DNA of 54,756 bases, from contig JBHLMN010000029.1 of the NCBI GenBank assembly GCA_048938105.1, forward strand, positions 1 through 54,756, read 5' to 3'. Position numbers and translations under genes: made by a program. The notes under the pieces are model-generated. The model was not told where the DNA came from. It was given only the letters and a program-made list of their open reading frames with translations, and made no database searches. The DNA is from Promethearchaeota archaeon. GTDB taxonomy: Archaea; Asgardarchaeota; Heimdallarchaeia; Hodarchaeales; Hodarchaeaceae. This document shows, in pieces, positions 20,630-31,000 of this stretch (the stretch's first letter is position 1; each line of letters starts with the position of its first letter).

Positions 20630-21157
20630 ATGAAATTAAAAAAAATTAGGATAAAGCTTCCATGGTTCTTTGAGACAGAATTAGAGAGAGAGGTCTCCGT
20701 GGCGGAGGATGACCAAAAAATAGCTTGGGAACTATATTGTGATCTTATCACACGAATTGGAGTCGTTGAATTCAAGGAAGATGAGGATATTCTTCTGTAT
20801 TGCCTCGATTCATGGCATGAATTTTTTAGAATAGCACGAAATGCATTAAAGCGGCTTAAAACTCCAATTGGTTCACAAAGGAAAATTAAAACAGCCAAAA
20901 GGAAGATAACTGAAAGTCCAACTTATTTACTAAGTGATATCATTATTAGATTGCTTAATGAAGAACTCAGGCCCTTTCTCCGAAAATGGCATCCATATGT
21001 TCGTTATTTCATGAAACAAGAAGCAGATCAAACAAAATTTATGATCGAAGAGCAAAAGAAAATGCCAAAATGGGCTGAATTAATCGAGATAGTGAAGGAT
21101 CTGCACGTAAAACTTAAGAACACATCAAATGCATTATATGAGATTGCTGTATCATAA
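20630..21157 (+). CDS. hypothetical protein
   Basis: 175 aa with protein-like motifs AWELYCDLITR, LRPFLRKWH. Confidence 0.7.
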   Translation: MKLKKIRIKLPWFFETELEREVSVAEDDQKIAWELYCDLITRIGVVEFKEDEDILLYCLDSWHEFFRIARNALKRLKTPIGSQRKIKTAKRKITESPTYLLSDIIIRLLNEELRPFLRKWHPYVRYFMKQEADQTKFMIEEQKKMPKWAELIEIVKDLHVKLKNTSNALYEIAVS

Positions 21158-21159
21158 AG

Positions 21160-21221
21160 GACGATAGTTCCGCTTAATTTCCACAGTTTTTCTCTAAACT
21201 AGCCCTGGTGCGATTAGTGGC
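21160..21221 (-). repeat. partial 23S-trailer repeat (B end+C+D)
   Basis: gacgatagttccgcttaatttccacag...ctagccctggtgcgattagtggc. Confidence 0.85.
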
Positions 21222-21257
21222 AGGAATTCAGGATCCTTTCTCTAACATTTTCTGCTA

Positions 21258-21734
21258 TTATTCTGAGTGTCTTATGTAATTTTTCTTCCTATAAACCTTC
21301 TGACGAGAAGACAAAATAACTGCCATATGGGATAGAATAAACTTAATTTGAGAAAAATCATCAATTTCTGAATTCAGTCCCAGAAATACAACGGGACTAT
21401 CCTCTCGTGCCGAAAATTGGCGAAAATCCTTATAACATTCCATAACTCGATGGAAAGATGGGTCATCTCGAGTCTCATACAAAAAAAGAGCATAAGAAGA
21501 ACCCTGATAATAAAGATTACAACCTGCCCGATAATAGTCTGCTTTCGGATTAGTAATCCAGAGTTGTACTTTGATATTCCCCTCCTCAATCGAAAGAGGA
21601 CACACTATTAATCCTCCAGCAATATTTTGAAAAGGAAATCCTTGTTCACGAAATGTATGAAGAAGCTTTTGTAATACCGGTTGAGTCGATGTGACAACAC
21701 AGGCTTTTGCGATAATTCTAGTCATTTCGGTCAC
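21258..21734 (-). CDS. highly degenerate Rab-like GTPase-fold protein
   Basis: IKVQLWI...LYYQGSSYALFLYE...SF...PVVFLG pattern; no intact G motifs. Confidence 0.6.
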   Translation of the reverse strand: MTEMTRIIAKACVVTSTQPVLQKLLHTFREQGFPFQNIAGGLIVCPLSIEEGNIKVQLWITNPKADYYRAGCNLYYQGSSYALFLYETRDDPSFHRVMECYKDFRQFSAREDSPVVFLGLNSEIDDFSQIKFILSHMAVILSSRQKVYRKKNYIRHSE

Positions 21735-21793
21735 ATCAAAATACTTTTACAACAAGTTTTAGATATTAAAACATTATCCGAAATTTCATATTC

Positions 21794-21920
21794 CTGAAAA
21801 TAGAAACACAGCGCACAGACATCAGACCGACTCCCCTTTATGAATTAGGACTTGTTGTACCAGAGACCTCACGACATCATCGAAGGCCATCTCAAAAAGA
21901 CTTCATTTCCACAATTTTTT
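21794..21920 (-). repeat. 23S-trailer repeat (A and C) with an embedded Rab 3'-end remnant
   Basis: cagcgcacagacatcagaccgac; 21822-21884 encodes FDDVVRSLVQQVLIHKGESV*; atttccacaatttt follows. Confidence 0.85.
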
Positions 21921-21924
21921 GGGA

Positions 21925-24765
21925 TCAATCTTTTCGATGTTTAAAACTATTAATCCCCACAATACTGAATAAACCTATGATACAAATGGTTCCAAAACCT
22001 GGAGTCAGTGAGGTAGTAGAAGTGGTGGATTTTTCCGATGATGTGCTGACTGTTGAGGAAGTGGTTCCTTCCGAGGATGTGGACACTCCTGAGGATGTGG
22101 TTTCTTCTCCTATAGTGAATGACCAGACCGAACTCCAAGGACTACTATTACCCGTTGCATCCACAGCGTTCACACGCCAGTAATACGTCCCAACAGCTAA
22201 GTGTGAAGTCTTATATGAGGTGGTGGTGACACCCACGTCTATAATCCGAGGGAAATCGAATGCAGCCCCGTCATCTACTTGGACAACGTATTCAACGGTA
22301 TCATTGACCTCAGTCCACTTCAATAATGGTGTGGTATCAGTAAGAATTGCACCATTGGCAGGTGAGATTAAAGTTGGGACTTCGGCTGCAATGGTGAACG
22401 ACCAGACCGAACTCCAAGGGCCAATGGTACCCTCTGCATCTATAGCTTGGATACGCCAATAATACTTTCCATTTGGCAATGTTGATAACTCATTTGAAGT
22501 AGTGTAAGCATTGATATCAACAAGCCAAGGCCAGGTGAATGAGGCGTCCTCATCCACTTGTACTGCATAGTATGTAGTACCACTGACCTCAGTCCATTCT
22601 AATAGTGGTGAGGCATCTGTAAGGATTGCCCCGTCAACTGGGGAGAGTAAAATAGGAATTTTACCAGCAGTAGTAACTGGAAAATTGCTTTTAATGTACT
22701 TCAAAGCGGTATTCGTGTAGTCACGGTAACTGATGTGAGCATGGCCACTGGCATCTAACACCAGCGAAGTATACAGGCCAACCTCATCCGTACTGTCCAC
22801 AGTTGCAGTATGCCACCCACTCGCATCCTGGTAAGCCCACTTCAAAGCACTTTTCGAGATATCACAGTAGCTGATGCAAGCGTAACCACTGGCATCTAAC
22901 GCCAGCGAAGCATACCGACCAACATCACCCGTACTGTCCACAATCGCAGTATGCCACCCACTCGCGTCCTTGTAAGCGTACATCAAATCGTCATTCGTAC
23001 TATCATAGTAGCTGATGTGCGCATAGCCACTGATATCCAACGCCAGCGAAGTACCGAAGTCAAGGTCGCTCGTGCTATCTACAGTTTCAACATACCAACC
23101 AGTAGCATCCTGGTAAGCATATCTCAAATCGTTATTCGTGTATTCACGGTAGCTGATGTGTGCATATCCGCTAGCATCCAACGCTAGTGAGGTATCCCAA
23201 CCAGCATCGTCCGTAGCGTCCACAGTTGCAGTATGCCACCCACTCGCGTTCTGGTAAGCGTACTTCAAAGCACCAGCTGCATCAAAGTAACTGATGTGAG
23301 CATAGCCACTAGTATCCAATGTTTGCGATGTAAACATACCAACATAACTTGTGGTGTCCACAGTTGTGATATGCCACCCACTCCCATCCTGGTAAGCATA
23401 CTTCAAATAACCATTCGTGGAATCATGGTAGCTGATGTGCGCATATCCACTGGTATCCACCGTCAGCGAAGAATACCGGCCAATCTCACCCGTACTGTCC
23501 ACAATTGCAGTATACCACCCACTAGCATTCTGATGAGCGTACTTCAAATTGGCATTCGTGGAATCATAGTAGCTGATGTGCGCATAACCACTGGCATCCA
23601 GCGCCAGGGAAGTATCCCAACCAGTATCGTCCGTGGTGTCTACAGTGGTAGGAATCCAGTCAGGAACATCCTGGTAAGCGTACTTCAAATCACTATTCGT
23701 AGGATCATAGTAGCTGATGCTAGCAGATCCACTGGTATCCAACGCCAGCGAAGTATAAAACCCACCATCACCCGTGGCGTCCACAGTTGTTATATCCCAC
23801 CCACTTGCATCCTGGTGAGCGTACTTCAAATAGCCAGTCGAATCGTCATAGTAGCTAATGTGCGCATAGCCACTGGTATTCACCACCAGCGATGTAAAAT
23901 AACCAGCATCCCCCGTAGTGTCCACATTGGTAGGATGCCATCCACTCGCATCCTGATAAGCGTACTTCAAATCACCATTCGTCTCGTCATAGTAGCTGAT
24001 GTGCGCATACCAACTGGTGTCCAATGCCAGCGAAGTATACTTCCCAACACTATCGGAACTGTCCACGGTGGTAGGATGCCACCCACTCGCATCCTGATAA
24101 GCATACTTCAAATCGTCATTCGTCTCATCATAGTAGCTGATGTGCGCATACCCGTTGACATTTAACGCTAGGGAAGTATCATGGCCAACATCGCCCGCAC
24201 TGTCCACGATTGTAGTGTACCACCCACTAGTATTCTGGTAAGCATACTTCAAATCGTAATTTGTGTAATCATAGTAGCTAATGTGAACAAAGCCACTGGT
24301 ATCCAACGCCAGCGAAGTATCCATGCCAACATTACTCGTGGTGTCCACAGGTGCAGTATGCCATCCACTCGCGTCCTGGTGAGCGTACTTCAAATCACCA
24401 TTCGTCTCGTCATAGTAGCTGATGTGCGCATAGCCACTGGTATCCAACGCCAGTGAAGTATACCGGCCAGTAATACCCGTACTGTCAACAGTTGTAGTAT
24501 GCCACCCAGTCGCATCCTGGTAAGCGTACTTCAAATCACCATTCGTCTCGTCATAGTAGCTGATGTGCGCATAGCCACTGGTATCCAATGCCAGTGAAGT
24601 ATACTTGCCAACGTAACCTGTACTATCTACAGTTGTAGAATACCATTTTAATGAATCCCCTGCAACATAAGACCCGTTTCTTAAGCTGACAAACAGTACA
24701 ATAGTAAGAGTAATAAGTAGTAACCTTATAACAGTCAGTTTTATACTTCTTTGGGGTTTCTTCAT
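21925..24765 (-). CDS. cell-surface protein: 14 x ~47-aa beta-propeller repeats, two FN3/Ig-like domains, Ser/Thr linker, PGF-like C-terminal anchor
   Basis: Counted 14 units of WxxxxVDxxxxxGxxTSLALDxSGYAHISYYDxxNxDLKYAYQDASG; YYWR domains; TPGF-TM-basic tail. Confidence 0.85.
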   Translation of the reverse strand: MKKPQRSIKLTVIRLLLITLTIVLFVSLRNGSYVAGDSLKWYSTTVDSTGYVGKYTSLALDTSGYAHISYYDETNGDLKYAYQDATGWHTTTVDSTGITGRYTSLALDTSGYAHISYYDETNGDLKYAHQDASGWHTAPVDTTSNVGMDTSLALDTSGFVHISYYDYTNYDLKYAYQNTSGWYTTIVDSAGDVGHDTSLALNVNGYAHISYYDETNDDLKYAYQDASGWHPTTVDSSDSVGKYTSLALDTSWYAHISYYDETNGDLKYAYQDASGWHPTNVDTTGDAGYFTSLVVNTSGYAHISYYDDSTGYLKYAHQDASGWDITTVDATGDGGFYTSLALDTSGSASISYYDPTNSDLKYAYQDVPDWIPTTVDTTDDTGWDTSLALDASGYAHISYYDSTNANLKYAHQNASGWYTAIVDSTGEIGRYSSLTVDTSGYAHISYHDSTNGYLKYAYQDGSGWHITTVDTTSYVGMFTSQTLDTSGYAHISYFDAAGALKYAYQNASGWHTATVDATDDAGWDTSLALDASGYAHISYREYTNNDLRYAYQDATGWYVETVDSTSDLDFGTSLALDISGYAHISYYDSTNDDLMYAYKDASGWHTAIVDSTGDVGRYASLALDASGYACISYCDISKSALKWAYQDASGWHTATVDSTDEVGLYTSLVLDASGHAHISYRDYTNTALKYIKSNFPVTTAGKIPILLSPVDGAILTDASPLLEWTEVSGTTYYAVQVDEDASFTWPWLVDINAYTTSNELSTLPNGKYYWRIQAIDAEGTIGPWSSVWSFTIAAEVPTLISPANGAILTDTTPLLKWTEVNDTVEYVVQVDDGAAFDFPRIIDVGVTTTSYKTSHLAVGTYYWRVNAVDATGNSSPWSSVWSFTIGEETTSSGVSTSSEGTTSSTVSTSSEKSTTSTTSLTPGFGTICIIGLFSIVGINSFKHRKD

Positions 24766-25140
24766 CTTATCATCTTCATGTTAAATTTGAATGTTTGTAT
24801 CACTCATTAGAATATAAAAGGATGACTACTGGATATTGCGTACAGATTCAGATCATATTCCTGGTTTCTTTGGTTATGGATCTTGGGTATCCGAACAATA
24901 CTCATGATGATCTTCCTCTATTACATTCTCAGATTAGAGTTAAAGATCGGGAAACGGTGGTTCCCAATAGGCCCAGTTATGTTTATTGCTGGAGTGATAG
25001 CCCTAATTTTCATTGACTTCTATTAAGATATCTTTGGGGCTATAGTGGATATGTTTGGTGGGTTGTATTAGACAAGTCTAGGAATTTAAATAAAAGGATT
25101 GTTGATCTTTGGAACATGGATATGTTTTATTCAAAAAAAA

Positions 25141-25239
25141 ACATCAGATCGAACGCCCTGAAATTGAAGCTACTGACTCCTTAAGCCAACTGACGATAGG
25201 TCCGCAAAATTTCCACACGGTTAGCCCTTGATTAGTGGT
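25141..25239 (-). repeat. near-complete 23S-trailer repeat, almost identical to the master
   Basis: gaacgccctgaaattgaagctactgactccttaagccaactgacgataggtccgcaaaatttccacacggttagcccttg. Confidence 0.95.
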
Positions 25240-25347
25240 AAAGAGAATTTGAGTCGAAAAGCAGCAGAAGATGGATAAGGATGAGCAGTTTTTTTTAATT
25301 AGTTAAATTCTGTTAATAGAAATAATCATCTATTGGATTAAGTCGAA

Positions 25348-25764
25348 ATGCTATTTGCTATGATAACAGGGTTATTACTCGATCGAGAAGAAGTGTCTAA
25401 GAAAACATTATTTTTCAGGAAATTATTCCCCGTTAATTGTGTGATCTCTTTTCTATCAGCTTTCATATCAATCCCAATTCCTGGACTCCATCTTCCTTCA
25501 AATTACAGATTTTTTCTACCGTTTTCTTTTCCACTAGGGTTATCATGCAGCACATCACCACTCGCAATTTATCCTCCTTATATTACCTGGTATGTGTGGT
25601 TATTCTGCCCAAGGGATTTCTGCCCTAGTCCTGAGTTTCATTTTATACTACAGCTTGAAAGAGTCCAATTTTTTCTCATAGAAACATTCTTTTTCTTTCT
25701 ATTCCTTTTGATAAATACTATTGTTTTGCTTAATGTCCTCATCTTGTTGAAACGATCTAAATAA
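25348..25764 (+). CDS. hypothetical membrane protein
   Basis: 138 aa hydrophobic ORF. Confidence 0.4.
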   Translation: MLFAMITGLLLDREEVSKKTLFFRKLFPVNCVISFLSAFISIPIPGLHLPSNYRFFLPFSFPLGLSCSTSPLAIYPPYITWYVWLFCPRDFCPSPEFHFILQLERVQFFLIETFFFFLFLLINTIVLLNVLILLKRSK

Positions 25765-25783
25765 GCCAAAATTTGGCTGCTCG

Positions 25784-25820
25784 GAAACTGAAGCTACTGA
25801 CTCCTGAAGTCCCCTGACGA
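25784..25820 (-). repeat. partial 23S-trailer repeat (module B)
   Basis: gaaactgaagctactgactcctgaagtcccctgacga. Confidence 0.8.
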
Positions 25821-25882
25821 AATGCAGAGTAACGTACAGAAATTAGACTGATCCCACTCTAACTAAGTGTACACAGTTATAG

Positions 25883-26164
25883 TTATAGATTAAACTTAAA
25901 AAACGAGAATATCTCCACCATAATAATGAAAGTTATCACTAATCCAAATATGAATAAACCTAGGGTGATGTACCAGACTCTTGTGTTAGTTGGGCTCTCA
26001 TAATTAGCTAATGCCAGCAAAATCATTCCAATAAGCAGCATTATTAGATAATTCAGGACGATTAGAGTTGTATCGTAGTCTACGATTATCAATACTGCAA
26101 TTAAGAATGTATGAGCTAGAAGTTGATTAATTGTAAAGAAGATGAAGAACAAACCCCCAATCAC
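25883..26164 (-). CDS. small membrane protein (in-frame ATG at 26200 is followed by a TAA; possibly a pseudogene)
   Basis: 3 TM segments. Confidence 0.45.
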   Translation of the reverse strand: MIGGLFFIFFTINQLLAHTFLIAVLIIVDYDTTLIVLNYLIMLLIGMILLALANYESPTNTRVWYITLGLFIFGLVITFIIMVEIFSFFKFNL

Positions 26165-26576
26165 TTCAACCAGAATTCTTGTTTTTTACTGTTCTTCCAT
26201 TATAGATCACATTCACTATCATATTATCTCAAGGTTAAAAAACTCATTACTGATTAAGACAATAAGAAAATGAGAACTCAAAAAATGAGGAGTTAAATGT
26301 TCACTGTGGAAACGAAGTAAAAAGGGATATAGGGCACTTTTGCGATTAGTGGTAACATCAGCTATTTTTCATATTGCATATTTACTCTCTTTCAAAACCT
26401 CGTTGAAAAGAAACTGGATTTCTGAAATAAAAATTCAATAGTTCCGACAAAAAAATTGAAATGAAAGGGTTTTTCCCCGAATCCGAGGAAAGTTCACGCG
26501 ACACCCGGAGAGATTCTCGAGATAACCTTTTATTACCACAAGCAACTCAAATTACTAGAAGGGAGAAACTTGATAG

Positions 26577-27227
26577 ATGAATGGGTTCTCAAAATCTGCC
26601 TGGTGGGAAACTCGGAGTCAGAGTTGTGTAATTTTGAATTTAGATAAATTAAAGAAAGTTATTCCTGAACGATTGTCTATAGATGCTGAATTTGTAGACG
26701 CTAGAATAAAAAAACTTAATCTAGATAAAGATGCTAAGATATTGGAGATTGGAACTGGTTTTGGGACTATGACAATCATTTTAGCAATGAATGGTTTTAA
26801 TGTAGTAACGGGAGAACCTGAATATACTTGTCATCATAATTGGAGGAAAGCTGCAAAAGTTATTGGTGTTGAACATAAGATTACATACCAACGATTAGAC
26901 GCAGAACAGCTTTCTTTTCCTGAAGACTTCTTTGATGGGGTCTTTATGCATATTACCCTCCTCTATATTCGAAATAAGGAGGGTGCTCTCAATGAATGCT
27001 TAAGAGTCATTAAACCCAACGGATTGATTGTTATTGTAGAAGATAATCACAAAGGAATTGAGTATTTACGAAATAAACATCCAGCTTGGTTAGCTGGAGC
27101 TGGAACCTTCTTTACTCTCCCCCTAGACCCGAGAAAAATTATTAAGCGGAATGATGTGTTTACTGAAGTTATTACAGGAACATATGTAGATTTATACATA
27201 CTTAAGAAATGCAAAGTCAATTGCTAG
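26577..27227 (+). CDS. class I SAM-dependent methyltransferase
   Basis: ILEIGTGFG, LDAEQLSFPEDFFD, ECLRVIKPNG. Confidence 0.9.
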   Translation: MNGFSKSAWWETRSQSCVILNLDKLKKVIPERLSIDAEFVDARIKKLNLDKDAKILEIGTGFGTMTIILAMNGFNVVTGEPEYTCHHNWRKAAKVIGVEHKITYQRLDAEQLSFPEDFFDGVFMHITLLYIRNKEGALNECLRVIKPNGLIVIVEDNHKGIEYLRNKHPAWLAGAGTFFTLPLDPRKIIKRNDVFTEVITGTYVDLYILKKCKVNC

Positions 27228-27300
27228 AATCAGATACAGGATTTTTGGTTCTTATTGCTTATTTGTGAATTCCTCCTGTTGCTCCATTTATCACTAAAGT

Positions 27301-27394
27301 TAAAGGAGGGGAGATTGGGGGATCGTGAAACTTGGAAAAAGCTGTTTCTCAAAAAAAAAATGTATAGACATCAGATTGTTTGCTTCAATTTCAG
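27301..27394. repeat. ~95-bp repeat shared with 7521-7617, containing module A
   Basis: near-identical sequence to 7521-7617. Confidence 0.85.
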
Positions 27395-27628
27395 AAAAGT
27401 GGTATGGGATAATATTTCACTGCTAAAATTGTTAATTGAAAGAAGAATAGAAACCACCATATCTCTATCATACTGTGGATTGCCAAATTCTTGACTATAA
27501 ATTGATGAACCAGTCTCAAGAGCTAATCAATGGCTTTAAGGCGATTCTCTGAAATTTCAACAAGACTTCCTGAATAGTCTTCCTCTGCCATTTGAAGTCT
27601 CCACATTTCACTTCCATTAGTTGCTTCC

Positions 27629-27750
27629 AAAACGCAACAACAGCGCACAGACATCAGACCGAACGCCCTCACATTGAAGCTAACGACTCCTGAAGCCAAC
27701 TGAAGATAGATTTTGTAAAAAAATCTTAATTTCCACAATTTTCTTAAAAC
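27629..27750 (-). repeat. near-complete 23S-trailer repeat attached to a 23S fragment
   Basis: cagcgcacagacatcagaccgaacgccct...gactcctgaagccaactga...ttaatttccacaattttcttaaaac. Confidence 0.95.
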
Positions 27751-28081
27751 TAGCTCTTGTGCGATTAGTGGCCGCTCGCTGAGCATGTCTGTCGAAACCT
27801 CCACGCTTACACGATGACTCTATAAACGGGATCTTCCATCCCAGCACTCATTCACTCACTCACGGTTGCTGTCGCCAGCCCCCGTGTCATACTGACGCGA
27901 GCAAAGCGGATCTGTCTTTTCGAGGGGTGCTTCGTACTTAGATGCATTCAGCACTTATCGCGTGGTGCGTGACAGCCGGGCGATACCCTTTCAGATAACC
28001 CGTAGATTAGAGGCGCCGACGTCCCGTTCCTCTCGTACTAAAAACGTCTTCCTCTCACAGATCCAACACGTCCAATAGATA
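27751..28081 (-). pseudogene. 23S rRNA 3'-terminal fragment (~330 nt, includes the sarcin-ricin loop)
   Basis: Aligns by eye to 53943-54273; SRL AGTACGAGAGGAAC intact; ends at cgtccaatagata. Confidence 0.95.
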
Positions 28082-28082
28082 G

Positions 28083-31000
28083 TCAAAACAAACCAGATCT
28101 CCGTTTAAAGACTCTAAAGAGCGTAAATACTAACATGGAAACAAGAAGAAGGAATAATGTCCAACTAGGGGTTGATAAGGGTTTGATTGTAGAACTAGAT
28201 TCAGTGGTTGTGGGTTCAGAATTTTGGATAATAAATGTAGAGTCTGAAATATCTTCAGATGAAATCGCAGAAGAGCTTATTGCTACAACTTTCACTAGAT
28301 AATTGGAACCATCAGGAACACTAGATAGATCCCAATAAAATAAAGTTCCAGTAAGGCGATCAGCTAGCAAAATCCATGAATTTCCAGCATTAGGAGAGTA
28401 AAAGATTGTATATGTTACTGAATCGCCAAATGAATCTACGGATGGTGACCATTCAATGTGCACACCATAAGCAAGAACCTCATTCCCATTCGGATAGATC
28501 ACCCTTGGCCGCGAAACTAGGTGCACACTAGGATCATACGCTGTAATTAATGGATAATAATCCAAATATCCTTCCGGTCCTTCTAAAAGGTAAGGACTAT
28601 CCACAATACCATCACCATCAATGTCTGGCCCGATCCAGTCACTGTAGTAATTAAACGAATATGTATTTCCACCGAGTTGCTGACCATCATAAAGTTGGGA
28701 ACCTCCACCCTGATTGTTATCAATGAAATTATTGAACGAGACCATGGTTCTCCAGGCCCTACTTTCAATGGCATACATTGAATTACCAAAAAAGGTGTTT
28801 AAAGTAACATTGCAATATTTAGAAGCGATAAAATGGAGACCAATCGAATTCTGAGAAAAAGTATTGTTATGAATTAGCGCAAGATCTGAATCGTCAACAG
28901 AGAGTCCGAAATTTTCATTGAACTGGAGTGTATTATTTATTATTGTCACACCAGGGGAGTCCCAGACAAGAATTCCAGAATTATTGTTTGAGATTAATAA
29001 ATTGCTGTCAACAGTGTTCTTATATCCAAAGAAGTGGTTATCTATGTCATTTACTAAAATTCCAGCAAGGAAATTGGCATAGGCAATATTGCATGAGATA
29101 GTAAAGTTGTTTCCATATCGGATGTGAATTCCAGCTTCTGTATTATTAAATGCCTCATTGAAAGCAATAATGATGTCATTAGAACGATATGTTTTAGCTC
29201 CTGAATAATAATTGGAGTACAGTTTGTTATTGAAGATTAGTACTAGATCTGATTCCCGGACCTGAACCCCTACTCGATTGTTACACAAAATATTCTCAGT
29301 AACATCTATTTGAAAAGACTCACGGACAAAAATCCCATGCCAGCGATTGTCAACAATGGAATTATCTGTAAGGTAAAGATTAACGCCCTCCTGAATGTCA
29401 ACACCATCATCGTTATTTTCTGTAATAGTATTGTTAAAAATTCTCAAATCCTCTACTTTGAGAAAATATATTCCATCTCCATCATTTTTAATGACATAAT
29501 TATCCTTTAGTGTAACATTAGAGGTATACCAGAAATACATTCCCTCAAACAATGAATAGGAAACATTGTTTTCACAAATAATAAGATCTCTGGTTCCTAA
29601 ACAGATCAACCCAATAGAAGAATTGTATAGCGTTTGGTGAGATATCATTATATTTCTACAGTCCAACAGAATTATTTGTCCTGTATTTTGAGGAATAGTC
29701 TTATCACTGACATTACACCAGAAAATCAGCTTCTTACCATTGATAGTATTTCCTGTAACGTTTTTATGATAGTAATCATCAAGGTCTAACTCACTCGAAG
29801 GTGTTGTGAGCCCTATACCAGTATTCTCTAGAGTATTATTCAAAATGTAATTAGATCTCCCCCTATGCAGATAGATTCCCCAATTCTGGTTTTTTATGGT
29901 GTTGTTGAAAACATACGAAAGGCCACCTCTTAAATATATACCATAATCACCATTATCTTTGATAATATTTGATGAGATATTCCCCCGAGTTATAGAAATT
30001 CCCCAGAAAGAATTGTCATGAATATAGTTATTTAGAATTGAACAGTTGCTTCCCCCAGGATAAAGTCCTCCTGCTCGATTGTTGTCAATTTCATTCTTAC
30101 GAATATTACTATAGTATGCTGCTACGTACATGCCATAATTAGTGTTATTAGTAACATGATTATTGAAAATGAAGTTGTCAGTCGAATCATAGTTGTAAGA
30201 GGAGCGTAGTTCAATGCCATTAAATCCATTATTAGATACAAAATTTGATGAAATAACCGATAATGCGATAGCCATCAGCATCATTCCGGTATCATCATTA
30301 TTGAAGACCAAATTTCCTATAAATGAACTATTCTCTGAATAACAAACGTAAATCCCCTCCCAATGATTATAGGAAGCAGTATTTCCTGAAATATTGAGGT
30401 AATGAGAGTGATCAGTCCTAATTCCCCAATGATTGATGAAAGAGACATTATTTTCAATTATTGAAACGTTAAAGGAGGAGTCTACCGAAATTCCCGCACC
30501 ATCTATGCATTCCAAGATAACGTTTGAAAAAATGGAAATGTTGTTAGCATGCATAACCTGAATTCCTATTCTATCAATTCCAGAAATCATATTATTATGG
30601 ATCGAAAGATTTGAGCTTTGATAAACAAAAATCGCATTTGATGTGTTTGTAAGCTCGTGGCCCGAAATCTCTATGTTTGCTGAATTGATAACGAATATTT
30701 GTCCTGCGCCTCCTCCTGTGGCTGTATATGCTGTTACATTATACAAATAAAGTAAGTGTTTGTCATTAACATAATTATTAGTAACGCTATATTGAATGTA
30801 ATGAGAATCTTCTGATGCTGCAATATATAAACCAGCATTGTATAAATAATTTCCAATTAGAGTATTATTGAAGGAATGAAAAAGAGAAATGCCATAAACA
30901 GGTTCGAGAGAGTGGTCAAGATTATTTGAGATAATATTATTCTGAATATAAGCACTTTCAGTTATATCGACATCAATCCCTCTTGGTGAGTCAATAATAG

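Noticed and set aside
22951-24456. Long plus-strand repetitive ORFs (also 35608..36294)
   Set aside because: Antisense shadows of the propeller-repeat genes
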